DNA from: Raillietiella orientalis
Taxonomy: Eukaryota
DNA length: 64,000 bases
Direction: 5' to 3'
Assembly: GCA_036172245.1 (NCBI GenBank)
Contig: JAYWIR010000010.1
Location: 620,001-684,000, forward strand
The notes below the pieces were generated by a model. That model saw only the letters and a list, made by a program, of their open reading frames with translations, made no database searches and was not told where the DNA came from. Each line of letters starts with the position of its first letter. The first letter of the stretch is position 1. The translations under genes were made by a program, and so were the position numbers. This document shows, in pieces, positions 38,101-52,860 of the stretch.

Positions 38101-38582
38101 TCGCAGGTTCGATTCGAATTCCCATCGACACGTTTCGGGACACGGGGCGCGGATTTGGTGTTCATTTCGCACCGACCTGCACTCGAGTAACACTCGGCAC
38201 CGAACCTCCGACGTGTTTGTTGATGATTGATTCGTTGCAGTCACACCTGTGTGTGCTCTGTGTGCATGTGCTCCGTCCGTTTCGTGCATGAGAAGCAAAG
38301 GAATTGCCCGAATGTGTCAGGCAAGTCGGATTCGTGATCCGCTCGAAAAATCGGAACGAAACTTTCCGTGATTGTGAAGCACGTAATGTTGTTGAGCCCG
38401 ATTTTCTCCTTTGTTTTCGACGAGTAAGTGCATTTTCCATGAAGGAAATTCGTATTCAGTAACGCTTGCGATTAAGGCTTGCTTTGTGAAAACATGCCTC
38501 TTTCCCTTAGCAAAGAGAATATCACACATCAGCGTGTAGCGTTCTGCTTAGAACTGTGAGGTTTTAAAAATCAACTCCCAAG

Positions 38583-40175
38583 ATGGCAGATGTGAAAGCT
38601 CTGGAGTATCCTACCCTCAAGGTAAGAACTCGTTATCGGATGTAAGTGTACTTTGATTTGCAATCTGATTGTTAATTGAAGTGAAATACTGTATGACCTC
38701 AACCGAAGTGTTGTTGTTGTTGTTTTTTTTAACTGGAACAAAGTCAACCACGTAAAATTTTTCATTTTTGAGCCTGAAATAACCTGTTTGTTGAGTAATT
38801 TTTATACATGCATTGTGCACAGTCATATGAATTAAGACACACAATAATAATAGGTTCCATACGAAATTTTGAACAAAAAGTTCCGAATTGCCCAGAAAAC
38901 CCTTGACAGGGAAGTGTCTCATGTGTCAGTGTTTGCAACAGAAGCAGAGAAGCAATTGACAGAAGAGACGTCTCCAGAAAAAGTGCAGCACTTACTCTCC
39001 ACTGTTATTGATAAACTACATGTTTTGAAACGAAAGGTAATTAATATGGTTGCTTGGTCGAAATTTGGATCTGTCAGGCAGAAGAAAGCATCAATGAAGA
39101 AATGGAGATCGCTTTGCTATGCAAAAGAAGAATTGAACATCTGAAGGAAGCAGAGAATGAGAATTTAGTAACTGTTTCACACTGGAAAAGAAAGAGATTA
39201 GAACGAATGCTAGTAGAACACTTTCTTCGCAATGGATATTATAGCAGTGCAATCCATTTAGCATCATATGCACAGCTGGAAGATTTAACAAACATGGATG
39301 TATTTCTGATGGCCCGTGAAGTTGAAGAGACTCTTCAAAACCACGTGACTAGCAAAGCACTTGCTTGGTGTCACGAGAACAAAAGCCGCCTTCGCAAACT
39401 CCATAGCACCTTAGAATTTCAGTTAAGATTGCAGGAGTTTATTGAATTGATTAAGGAAAACAGATTTCTGGATGCAGTAAGGTAAGAAGCTTTCATTTGG
39501 AGAATGAAAAGTTTGGACAACAAATTTCCAGCCATGCAAGACGACACTTTGTAAACCTGGAAGATGGACAGTGGGAGGAAGTACAGCACTGCATGGGGTT
39601 ATTAGCCTTTCCGCGGAATACAGGTTTTTAAATAGGAAATGGTGATAAAATTTTTGAAGAGAATGATAGGATTGCAGCCTTATAAAGACCTGTTATCTCC
39701 TAATCGGTGGAATCAACTTGTGGAACAATTTCGAACCGAGAATTGTCGTTTGTATCAGCTCAGTTCACACTCTGTGTTTGTGGTTGCTTTGCAAGCAGGC
39801 TTATCTGCTCTGAAAACCCCGTGAGTACTTTTCATTCTAAAAATATAGCAAGTGTGGGTAATAACAATAAAATTTTCTCATAGCCACTGCTATCGTGAAA
39901 AGGGAATGCGTAATCCTGATTGCCCAGTCTGTCAAGAACCCTTTAATCTGTTGGCTCGACCTCTGCCACATGCACACTGCAGTCATTCCAGACTTGTGTG
40001 TTACATCTCAGGAGAAATGCTCAATGAACACAATCGGCCCCTGGTACTACCCAACGGCTATGTGTATGGAGAGAAAGCACTGCGTCTTATGGCAGAAACA
40101 GAAGGTCAGCTGCACTGCCCACGTACATCTCAAATATTTGCCTCCAATGAAGTAGAAAAAGTGTATGTCATGTAA
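38583..40175 (+). CDS. MAEA: Macrophage erythroblast attacher (CTLH/GID E3 ligase subunit; LisH-CTLH-CRA-degenerate RING), 386 aa
   Basis: join(38583-38621, 38854-39036, 39078-39481, 39532-39623, 39670-39820, 39884-40175), 1161 nt. Motifs [106 protein letters not shown]. Confidence 0.96.
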
Positions 40176-40221
40176 ATAAAGAACATTTACTATACAAACA
40201 ATAATTGCCGATATTGTATTG
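40176..40221. terminator. Putative bidirectional cleavage/polyadenylation region between MAEA and CtBP
   Basis: AATAAA (+) at 40175-40180 overlaps the MAEA stop. AATACA (-) at 40220-40215 lies 1 nt after the CtBP stop. U/GU-rich sequence lies downstream on each strand. Confidence 0.55.
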
Positions 40222-41637
<1,416 letters not shown>

Positions 41638-42007
41638 TTATCAACATTATCATGACTTGATCCAGAATGCTAGTGTTAGCATGATCCAATAAAAAAGCCA
41701 GCCATGGCTATTCCCAACCCCATAATATTGCTGCTGACCTGCACCCGTCAATCCCCTAGAGCTGCCGGCATCCAACGTACACAGTCTACTTTAAGGAACT
41801 TGATGGAACATACTAGAGTACAAAGGGCGAAAACATTAAGAGAACAGATCATAACTACACACACTTATTTTAACTCAGTAGACTTCAGAAGCAACGTTTC
41901 ACTGTCTGCTTATGGAAGAATACTCGCAGCATGTGTTTGCAAACTATTCCCATTGTAACAATCCAGCCCTTAATTTTTTGATTACTTTGGTTCTCTATAT
42001 CACATAC

Positions 42008-42136
42008 CTTGTTGCATAATCCCTAGGTCACCCTAACAATTTAACGTTCCATTCCCATCAGCAGTCTTTTTTTTTTTTTTTTTTGCTTGTTTCCTAATAT
42101 TTTTGAAATCTCGCTAGTTTTCCTTAAATATTTCGA
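42008..42136 (-). other. Putative CtBP leader exon
   Basis: Poly-T acceptor ttttcctgcttgcag (ends 42137) and donor AAG|gtatgt (42007). Its terminal ATG CAA CAA G splices in frame to TG ATG GAT. Confidence 0.55.
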
Positions 42137-45100
42137 CTGCAAGCAGGAAAAAAAAAAAAAAACACAAATTAGATTACATTCAATACAAAACCTATAACTC
42201 TAAATAGCTGCATCTCAATCCTTATACATAACAACCGCGACTGGGGGAAAAGAAAGAAAGAAAGAAATAAAAAAAAAAAACGTTCAATTTACAGAACGGA
42301 TACAAACGCACACGTTTACTCTGCACCAAAGTTCGCGCGAGAGATAATGCAACACATTGGTCACTTGACGGGTCGATGTTCCTTAATGAGTTCCAAACAA
42401 AGACAAGCCAGCTTTTACGAAGGGGAAGGAAATGGCCTTGGAAATGTATAAAATGACACAGATCCGCGTGTCTTACGGACGAAACACACTTTTTTTCACT
42501 CGCGTTTTTACTTCCTACAAAGTCCCCAAGCAAAACCATGCGTCAAACGTGCAAACAACGGTATGCAAACGTAATTTTTTTTTTTTACTTCTTTTTTTTT
42601 TTCCTTTTTTACTGCCATGATGAGTGTCTTTACTTTTGCAATCAGCGAACGCTTCATTTTTTAATTCACATATGGGCATTCTCGGTTACTTGAATCGACG
42701 CCCCAACTTCTAAAAAATGTTTCGTTTCGGACCGTATCGTATTTCCAATGATATCATTTTTTTTTCCTTTTTTAAGGAAAAAAAATATATATATATATAC
42801 ATATATATACACATCTTTAGACTACAAGCTTTTCACACAAGAAGACAAGCAACACAGTTTAACACATACATGCGATTCTGATGAACACATTCACTCGGTG
42901 GTGTTTCCATTTCGAATCACGGTAAACTTCTTCAAATAATGTGAAATACAATTCAGCAGTTTCAATTCTGATACAATGTTTTCTTCAAAAGGGCCAAAGA
43001 CGGCAGAAAAACGTGACGCTAGCCAAAGAGATACATTCGATGTCATGTGAAACCACATATAAATACAGCAGCTGAAGAGATGGAACGTGCTCAATCCACA
43101 ATCTACCGCGAAAACACGCTGCTACTCCTCCATTTTCGTCAGATCCAAATGTTCTGTGCACAAAGAAGCTCTATTTTCGTTGCTGACAACCGAACTGCCA
43201 CACAAACAAAGCAATCAAAGTTTCACCAGAGACCAAAATCTGAAGACCTTTCCGCAGGAATAAAAACTTAAAAGCAGGGGAAAAACAAACAAACGACAAC
43301 TTTACAACGAGGAACAAACACAACATACAAAAATCCTTGGAATGAACTTTAAATTTTGGACAGGAAATGTGTTTGTAACATCCCCACTTAAAAAGCCTTG
43401 AATACTATTTGAAAAAGATTCAACAAATGCATTTCTCACATCAAACTGCTTGTTAGAAATACCCTAAAACTGCCAATTTCTCTTTCAGAAAAATCATGGT
43501 GGATTACTAACGGACCTTTCAAAAAGCAACTATTGATAATGGCAACAAAACAAATTATATAATAAATTATAGAAAACCCTCCTGCAGACTGTGCAAAAAT
43601 CCCTAAGCAACGTGAATACTTTTTATTCTATTTATGCTATGCCAATAACATGCCACTGTAATGAAAATACACAGCATGGCAAGAATATGAAAAGCAAAGT
43701 ACAAAAAACACTGCTACAAAAATTTCACGTTTTGTTGATAACAGCTAAACTGACACACAAACAAAATAATCAAAATTTCACCAAAGACTAGACTTTGAAA
43801 TTCAAAATTTGAAATTTCTTAAACCAAAATAAAAACTAAAATTTGAATTCCCCAGAAATAAAGCTTAAAAACAGAACAAATTACACTGAGAAACAAATAT
43901 GACACTCAAAAACTATGAATAAACTTTAAGTTTCTGATGTGATACATGATTTATGTTTGAACATATGCATAACACAGATAAGTAACCTAGTTCTTAAATG
44001 ACCAATTTACAGAATGAAAAATTGCAACCCTTCCTCTACATACACCTATGAGAGAGAAAATGTCAGGAATTCTTTTACAGAGTATCCTTTTAAGTTGGTT
44101 TTTTATTCTTCAGGCAAATCAAAATCTCACTAATTATAAGAGTAAAGTAAATATCTCACAATACTTCAAGAAAAAAAGAACGTTACTGATTTTAAAATAA
44201 CCAGCAATTTGTGAGTAAGCACTTTCAAATTACTAGTTCCAGGATCATTGTAAACTTATTACAGTTTTTTGTAATTTTATTTAGTTTCCAGTATATCAAA
44301 TGAATTAAATGGTTGAAAAAACTCATTATTACACTATACCAAAGCCAGTTATAAGTAAAAGAACCCAAATAATTAAAAAAATTAATTTCTTTGAACCTGC
44401 TTAAGCTGCTGACTTCTTGTATATTAACAATTACAACTGTATTTTCAACAGATAAGCATGACTTACATAACTTGCAAAAACTTTACTGCATTTATGCAAA
44501 GGTAATAAAATTCGATGTAATAAAACTAAAGCATCGACATTTAATCAAACTATTTTTGTGTGTTTAAAATCAAACACACAAACATAGAAATTAACATATT
44601 TATATTGATGTTATGAACAAACACATCAAGGAAACTAGCAATGCATGAGGGGCATGAAATTATTCCACACTTTTAAAAAAAAAAAAGCTTCAATTATGTT
44701 TCTCAAGACTACTTTAAATCATTTCAAAACAGTGCAAGCACAATACATATGATGACACAGAAATTAAATACATTCAATTTTTATAATGAAATGAAAACCT
44801 AAATTTCCGCCGAACATTTTGGTATTTAAAGTACAATATTGAAATTTTACTCCGTTTTGCAGTTATGCTGTTCCTCAAGCAACACAGCTCTCAGAACGAT
44901 TCGTGATACTGGGCTGCTGAAATTAATTTATCAACCCATCACTGAAAACATAACTATAGATGGAAAACACTAAAAAGCAGCGCATACATAACCATTAAGT
45001 AACACAAATCAAAGCTGTATTAATACATTTTGATATCCGAATCACGTTACAGTGATCATAAACGAGCTTGTCAGCCACTTTTGAAAGATAATGTTTCCAA

Positions 45101-45214
45101 CATAATATGCTCTGACTACATGAGTTTACTAGAGAACTTGAAAAATTATCTTTCACGGAAATAAAAAATCCGAATTCTATCATCAGAGTAACTACGAAAA
45201 TTACGTTAACTTAC

Positions 45215-45290
45215 CTAATATTGAGAATTACTAGAAGATGGAATAGAAATATTCAACTCCATGGAACGCTATAATGGCCGCCGAAATTTA
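45215..45290 (-). promoter_or_regulatory. Putative CtBP first exon / TSS region
   Basis: Perfect donor AG|gtaagt at 45214, YY1-like ggcggccattat, and a local return of CpG dinucleotides. Confidence 0.4.
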
Positions 45291-47889
45291 ACATTTTAAA
45301 GAGTTTGCCAGTTATTAATTTTTGAAAAAGAAATTATGAAATGATATCGAAGTCATGAAAATTTAAAATAACTCATTAGATTCCTGAAATCTACTTTTTA
45401 ACTGATACGAATAGTAAAAATTCATTAACCATAAACAATTCTAGGATTAGAAATCATCCTCTGAACAGAAATTTCTATTAATATCGGACTGGCATTGAAA
45501 TTCAATAAAGAGAATTTTTGTACATTCCTGACAATTGCAAAATTGCTGCATTAGAAACCAAGCGTTCATGAAACTAATTTCATTCAGTTTTTCATTGATG
45601 ACAGATTATTTCATTATAGACAAAAACTTTGCTTTGCCCATTTCCGGAACAGGCCTATTCTAAATATCACCAGAACGTAGTGCAGAATATAGGTAAATCA
45701 TAAAATAATTCTCATTTTTTCATTTAATTTTGAATAATAACCTTTTATAAAGCTAATTTTTATGTGCGATAGTCCGAAATCTTCCTAATTTTTCATTTAA
45801 TCTACACAGTGATTAAATTTCATTAGCTTTCGATGAGTAGATCAACGTCATAACTGTAGAAGAGTAGCTTCTTGGGGACTGCAGAAAATAACAGAAATCA
45901 TATAGTGAGAAAGGAAATGAAGGGAATTCCTTTTATTCTGATTTTCACACCTTTATAGAACACCTAGTAGTGCTATGCAGCTTCAGTTTTCTGACCGCCT
46001 ATTATGATCATTCTAATGAGCAGCCGGATTCCTATCTCGTATAATCATGCTAATTTAGAATACATTGTCTTATGTGACAGTGTCGTGACAAGGACACAGA
46101 CACAGAAAGCTCTGCATGCATTTTATTAGATCAGAGAAAGTAATGTACCAAATAATGGAAAACCATGATAAAAAAAAATACGGAGGCATTTCCGAATGGC
46201 TCTTCAAAATATTAGCGACTTGATGAGCCACGAAACTACCGGAAAAGAATATTTAACTTGAGAGTGAAGGCATGAAACGTGTAATAAATTAATCAGCTCA
46301 ATCCGGAATTTATTCGACTACGCACGTATGAAAGCTTGAATGAAATATTCGAGAACAGAGCGTGGGTAACACAGTGGATAAATATAAAAACTAAGAAGAT
46401 GGATTCGAGGTAGCCAAAAATCAAAGTATAAGTCGAAAAATCCTTTAATTGCATTGAGAAAATCATAGTTGAATGTTATACGAAAGTTCATGAATACATA
46501 AGAAATAAACGAATAAGCTAATGAAATACTGAAAGAAAAAAAATGCTTTTTGAATAGAAAATAGATAGAAAAACTTTTTATTTCCAATGTTACTGTAACT
46601 GAGCATTCTGGGAAAAACTAATATACAAGTTCTTATATGGAATACGGATTCCATGAAAATGTAGAATTTTCCGGATTTTTATTTGCAATGCTGACCAAGC
46701 GCTAATGAATGCAGATACATCTTCGAAAACCCGTCAAAAAGAAAAAAAAATCTGTCGTTTTTAAATTGTCAATAGTTATCAAAATAAAAAGAGAACGAGT
46801 ACATCAGAGGAAAAATTACTTTGATGGTACTAAACCGGCACTAAGGCGCCATCATGAAAACATACGATCGCTGAATTTTCCCAAAAACTTAGATGAAAAC
46901 AAGAGGAAACACAATCGTGGGAAATTGCTGTGTCAAAAAATGAATTTCCAGAGAAAGAGAGTTGGCAACAATACTCCTGAAGAGTCTCAAATGTACACAG
47001 TGAATAACATTGTATTGGGTGAGTCCTTTTTCCCTCTTCTATAGACAACTTGTAGATTTATGGCTGCGTTGCATTCATACTGTATGGAAAAATTTAGGAA
47101 ACATCTATTTATTCATTCATTTTTTACTTAATTCATTAAGAGTAAAAAATGACTGTTGCATTCTAAACTTATACTACGAAATAGGCAAAATAGTTGCTGC
47201 TGATGTAGCAATCAAAGCCCATTATGTTTGCTACGGACGCTAAAGCGAAGAGATCACCTGCTTACACATACGCTTTGCATGAACTTATTTGAGTCATCAA
47301 TTGTAAATCTGATTTTAACTATTATTGCTGTGTTAATCATTTTTACATTTAACTACCATGGACATATGTGAGCAAATATAAATATGCTGATTTCAGTTGC
47401 ATAAAGCAGTGTGAGAATTTGTATATTGACTCAAAGATTGCATTTAGATATCACATGCAGCAGATGAGAGTCAAACCAAACAACGAAGAATGGAGTTGAA
47501 CAGCTGAAGAACGGAGTCATTTCCGGTTTTAAATACCACGAATTCCTCTAGCTTTTTTCGATTGTCCACTTCGCCTTTGCTAACTGGAACCCCGAGGTAG
47601 TCAGCCCATCAGTAGACAGATGGAACATCCCAGACATCAACAACTTCAACAAACAAATGTCGTTGGTATACAACAAGAAAGGACAACTTCGACTCTTGAT
47701 TTCGGATGCAAAGAAGCTTCTCTGCACCCTTTGTCCACCAGCACTGAAAAATGGCAATTCGGGTATATTCGGAAAGATGGATGGCAAGCGAAAAAATTGT
47801 TCTAATTGCTTATTACTTCAAATCTGTGCAAATGCGTCTGAATTCAGCGAACCGGAAGGCGACGGAACATTCCCAGGGAGTCACAGCGA

Positions 47890-50800
47890 GTCACTCGAGT
47901 CTCTCCGTGGGCCCACGCCAAGTCGCTTTCTGCCCAGGAAAATGCCCACAAAGGAAGCAGTTTCCCGAATCCCGTAGCCGCCGACAAACGGTGTCCAGCA
48001 CGGGCACAGTCAGCTTACGTCTCCCAGGCCGCTCCGCACAAACGTCTCTGTCACCGTCCTCATATTTCACGCATGGCGGGAAGGTGAGCGATCCGCCTCC
48101 ACTTGAGAAAGGCTCTCTCTCCGGGTCCTTACCGTTTTCCACACGAGACAGTCGGCTTTCCGGAAATTCCTCCGTAGCCATCACCATCCGCAGTCCAAGC
48201 TAGTAGGAGGAAACGTGGTTCCACGGGCACGGACTCCGGAACCTCGACTGAATGTACGAGCTCCCACAAGAGAACAACTTTTCCCTGTTAAACATGGCAT
48301 CGAAACTTTCCATCACCAGTTTTGACATCAAGGTTTGCAAACGAGCACTTTTTTTAAAAAAAAGAAAAAAAAGAAAAGAAAGAAAGAAAGAAACGATCTG
48401 AATCATTAGGAACCTACCGCAAACGAATCCCCGCATTTGCTGATTCCGTTCGTGTTAAGGAAGGGGGATAAAAACGAACGAGGGGGAAGAACCCCTTCTA
48501 TTTTCTCCGTCTGCCTTCTCCCTTGAACTCATCCTCAGGGAGGGGCTGCCATTCTTCAGGGTGCACCCAGTAAGGAAGACGACTCCTGTCCGATGCTTGC
48601 AAGAAACATCGTGGGGATTCTGGGTGTTCTGGCACACTAGTTCCTTTTTGATGTGTTCCTCCATGTCTCTTTGCTAGTTCCCTCAGCATTCCGTCGTTCG
48701 CTGGATCTCCAGATCCCAAGGAAGCTACAGCGGACGCTCTTTGTCATTGGGAGCACTCCTTTGGAGCGTGGAGGGGAGGACCAATCTTCAGTGATGGCTC
48801 TCGCTCTTCTGCCTTGGCTCTTCCATCACCGTTTCTGGATACTCAAGGAGCCATGTGAATCCCTGCATGATTGCTTACAATTCCCTCCCTGGAGTACTAG
48901 GTCTGGCTTTAGCATCGAGTCTATACCTAGAATAGTTTCGTTGGAGGTCGGCAATTTCCAATGGTTCATAGTATCTCTCTTGGTTGGGGTCATCAGTTAT
49001 CATGTTTTTCGTTGGTCACGGTTTGGTTGCTGACACAGTTACTGAGGATGTGTTCTGGGGATTTTTCCCATTCCAATCACCTCCTACGAGTTCTTCCATT
49101 CCTGGAGGATGTTCCACGCAGGTAGTAGGTGCATACACTCTGCAAGAACGAATTTGTAGTCCCCAAATCGGAGGCGCGTCCCCGTCGACCAGGACACATG
49201 CTGATGGACGGTGCTTTCCTACGCGGAACAAGGTCTTCCCCTTCGATCGGAGTGTTCAGGCAAACGGGCCGTGATTTACACTCCGGACGTCTTTCCAGCT
49301 ATCCCATACGGACCACGGCTACAGCAAGCAGAGCTCCGCAGTGCCTTCCTCCGCCCTCGCTCGCTTTCATTCGACAAATATCCACCTTCCTTCTCAAGCA
49401 GATGTTAATGAGGTGAACGCAAAAACAAAGCACAACCTTGACCTGCTCGCTTCTTGACCCCTTCGTACCAATCACATCAATAACTTAACACTACCCAGAA
49501 GAACACAGTCCGTCCCTTCTCGCCAGGTTTCCTAGCTTCCAAGTATCCGGGAAAACCGGGACATTTCCGGCAGGGTCGGCAGCTGCTGGCCAAAGCAGTC
49601 AGCACCTCGGACTCCGAGCTGTCATCATGCCAAAAAATGAGTGCCATAAGAACTTTGAGCTTTTCAGGTCTGGTACATCACCCGAGACTAGGAGTCTTTA
49701 AGCAGTCTTCATCGACTTTGACATCGGAAGCGCATGGAATGTCTAGGTTTGCCTGGCTGGGCATATCCACGGCCGATCGAACCAGAGAATTCCTTGGTCT
49801 CCCCAGCCTGTAGGATGGTTGACAGGAATTTGGCAGTCTCAGTTGTTGACATCGCTGGATCCAAGGGCCAGGAATTTAGCTCGTGGTACCCTGACGTGAG
49901 TGGTGATGATGAAAAATATGAATTCTTCCAATGAACGGTGGTTCGGAAGACATTCACGTTAGGATCAATCGATCACTGACCAATGTGATCGTCCCAGTGG
50001 TGACGTAAGGAGTCTGTGAGCGACGGCACGGCAGGCTTCTAGCCGACTAAAGACAAACTGTATCTTCCGAGGATGGACAGCGCAGGATATCCATTATCGT
50101 CTGACTTTTGATGGACACGTGAGGGGAAAAACCTGAAGCTGACCCGATTGCCCTCCAGCGAAGAGAACGTCTGCCCGATAGCAAAACACCCTGATCAACG
50201 TCCTCCTGCGCTGGTTCCGGCCACTCCCCTTTTAGGAAACCGGATAATAGTGCTGGACGTCCGTACGAGGGCGGAAAAGAGGCAGCACAGCTAGGAGGAA
50301 AAACAGGAAAAGGAAGTATCCCTCCAGCTAAGCAGAGGGGAGGCTCGTTGGCTCATCGTTGGCTCTCTGGGAGCCTGGGATCCAATTAACGAAGTGCTGC
50401 GGGATATTAGAATTCCGAAAAAGAAATTGGCGACGATGTGACACCGGATGGTGGCTTCGTGCATCCGGTGCTCGAACGACATATATGCTGCCCAGCCACA
50501 CGAAGGACCAGAAAACAGTTGCAGTTGGAGAACCACAGCGGTCAGCTCTCGCGAGACGGAATGCCTTCCTGTAGGCTTGCCTTGTAGGACCTGAAGCTGA
50601 GGAAGCAACATGCTGAGGGGCGACGAGCCCTCCAGATGGATAGAAGAGGGATTCCGGAAGAATGCTAAAAGCACCCCGTAACATTTCTATAATTGTAGAT
50701 CTAAGCAAGAAAAACATTCCGATCGATGCCTTCCTGCGCTGGTCTGCAACGCGTTTCCGGTCACCCCCGCTTTAACGATCTGCGGTTCGCGGACCACCGC

Positions 50801-51300
50801 CTCACGCATGCGGCACGGTTCAGCTGGCTTTCTGAGAGAGCTGCTCCCGTTCGAAAAAGGGCATCAACAGCACGCGCAAGAGGCCCGTGCTGTTGGCGGC
50901 CCCATCGAGCTGGTCCTGTGAACCACTGCACTTCCAGTAGGCAGGCAACACCTCGTAGCCACGATGAGCCAGTCAACAAGCTGGAAAGAATGACTGGGGA
51001 GATTGCCGCTTTCAGTCGATCCGACCCGTTCCCGCTTGGCCGGCTTGGAGGAATTCATTCCCACGCTACTAAATCTGGAATTGTCCCATGCAGCCAGAAG
51101 CAGCCCAGGAGCACTTTCGCCGACAATTCGGAACATTAAAATACATTGATGAACAACAACTACCCGAAAGAACCTTGAGGGAGATTATCAGAATTCTCTT
51201 TCTCGGAGATGCCTCTTTTCAGTACGGAAGACGTACTGCAGAAGAGGTCTCTGAGGAAAAGCCTTGAAGAGGAAAGCCTGAAAATAACAAAAGGTAATTT
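47890..51300. mobile_element. Heavily degenerate LTR-retrotransposon-like debris
   Basis: Gag-knuckle-like RDSGNCFLCGH (minus, ~47970-47940) and RT-like SYFSSSPLTSGYHEL (minus, ~49920-49875), with many stops. Boundaries are approximate. Confidence 0.35.
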
Positions 51301-52439
51301 CAGTACCTCTTTTATCTTGAACGCTACCAGCTGAAATGAAAGGAGACGTCTTCGAATCTTATAGAATACTGTTTTTGTCTGGGCGCGATATTTTCAATTC
51401 CAACCATCCAGATAAAGCATCAAGCACAGATGAACCAACACCATGTGACCTTCCGGATGCTTCATGAGAACTCGGATCAAATGCACCACTAATTCCATCC
51501 TCCGGCCAGACCTAGTCTTTCGAGACGACGAACGAGGGATCGCCGCCTGCCTTTTCGAAAGCAACTCGTCATTTCTAGGAAGAGGAAGGAAAAACAGATG
51601 GCCCTAGACTCAGTTCTCTGCTATGGGAGCACATGCCCAGGTACGAGCCGTCGCCGTGGGATTTATTGGTGGCTAGGATCCCGGAAACTGAAAACGAAAG
51701 AGTGGCGAGCTGAGAAACTCATCAAGATGGCGTGAGGCAGTATTCAACGCTTCCGGGAGATGGTGCCGGAACCATCTGAGCATCCGAGGGGCAGAAAAAA
51801 CCCGAGCTACCAATGCTGCTAGAGAAGCAAGATGGCTTGAAGACTGTGGTGGCCTCTCCGCCAGCAAATTCTAGGCGATCCATGTTAGATGATGATTGAA
51901 ACTCGAAACCTTGCGGCTTCGCACCCATGCCTCTGCTTTCCCACAGGGAAGATTGCGCTATGGCGGGTGGGTGGACGGACCCATTCTCTACGTTGTCTTT
52001 CCATCCTTCCAGAGGGGAAACCCTTTCGAAGTCCTGAGTGGGAACGAGCGCTTCCTTCCTGGTTTCATCTAGTCAGGCGCATCGAGTTGCCAATGGATCC
52101 CGGCCTGCAGGCATCGAAGCTCCTGGTGGGGTTAAGGGGGGAAAGATGGCAGGAAACATGATCATAGGAAGTCAGCAGGGTGGATTGCTGCTTTAGGGAG
52201 GATCCCAGTATTTTTAAAGAAGGGAAGCTGGCAGCGAAGTCAGTCCTACCATCCCTTCAGGAAGACAGAGGATTCTCAAGCGGTCTTTTTTTTAGGTTCT
52301 CCAGAAGTGCTGAAGAACCGTCCATCTTCTTGGGGAAGGAGAGCTCACGAAACCCTTCAACGCTGTCCAGGCCACCCGAGAATGCATGTCAGCAACTCTT
52401 CAAGTCAGGGAGTCGAACCAGAAAGACTACCCTGTGAAT

Positions 52440-52860
52440 ACAAGAAGACCCTGGAGGAAGGAGTTCGTTCCTCTCACGCTTGGAAGGAGATCCCGAAGGA
52501 AATCTTCGTCCTGGCTGTCTCCGGAGGGAACCACTTCTTCCTTGTTCTCTCCGGAGGAATATCCCGGGTTTGTGGGACGTCTCTCTTCGCTTCTTCTCCG
52601 GAGGGAACCGGCAAGGGAGCCACTCCTTATTGGTGCTCCTCCGAAGAGAACCCCGAAGGGACGCTTTCCGATTTCTGTGGATGAAGCTTCCCTAAAAGAG
52701 CAGAGTGCTTCTTGCACCCCAAAGAGGCGACCCCTCGAGTTGTGTGTCAATCAGCTCCGTGAAACGCGGTGGAGGATTTGCTTCTACAATCGCGAATGGC
52801 AGCTTACTTTCACAACCAGAGGGGAACCCGGAAGGACTCCTTGATCCCTGGAAAGACCCC
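52440..52860. repeat. Inverted copy of the 28680-29200 repeat family, with internal ctccggagggaacc-type subrepeats
   Basis: The reverse complement aligns to 28680-29200; both translate as KRPFGVLF.G...SGSLAGSLRRR. Confidence 0.85.
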
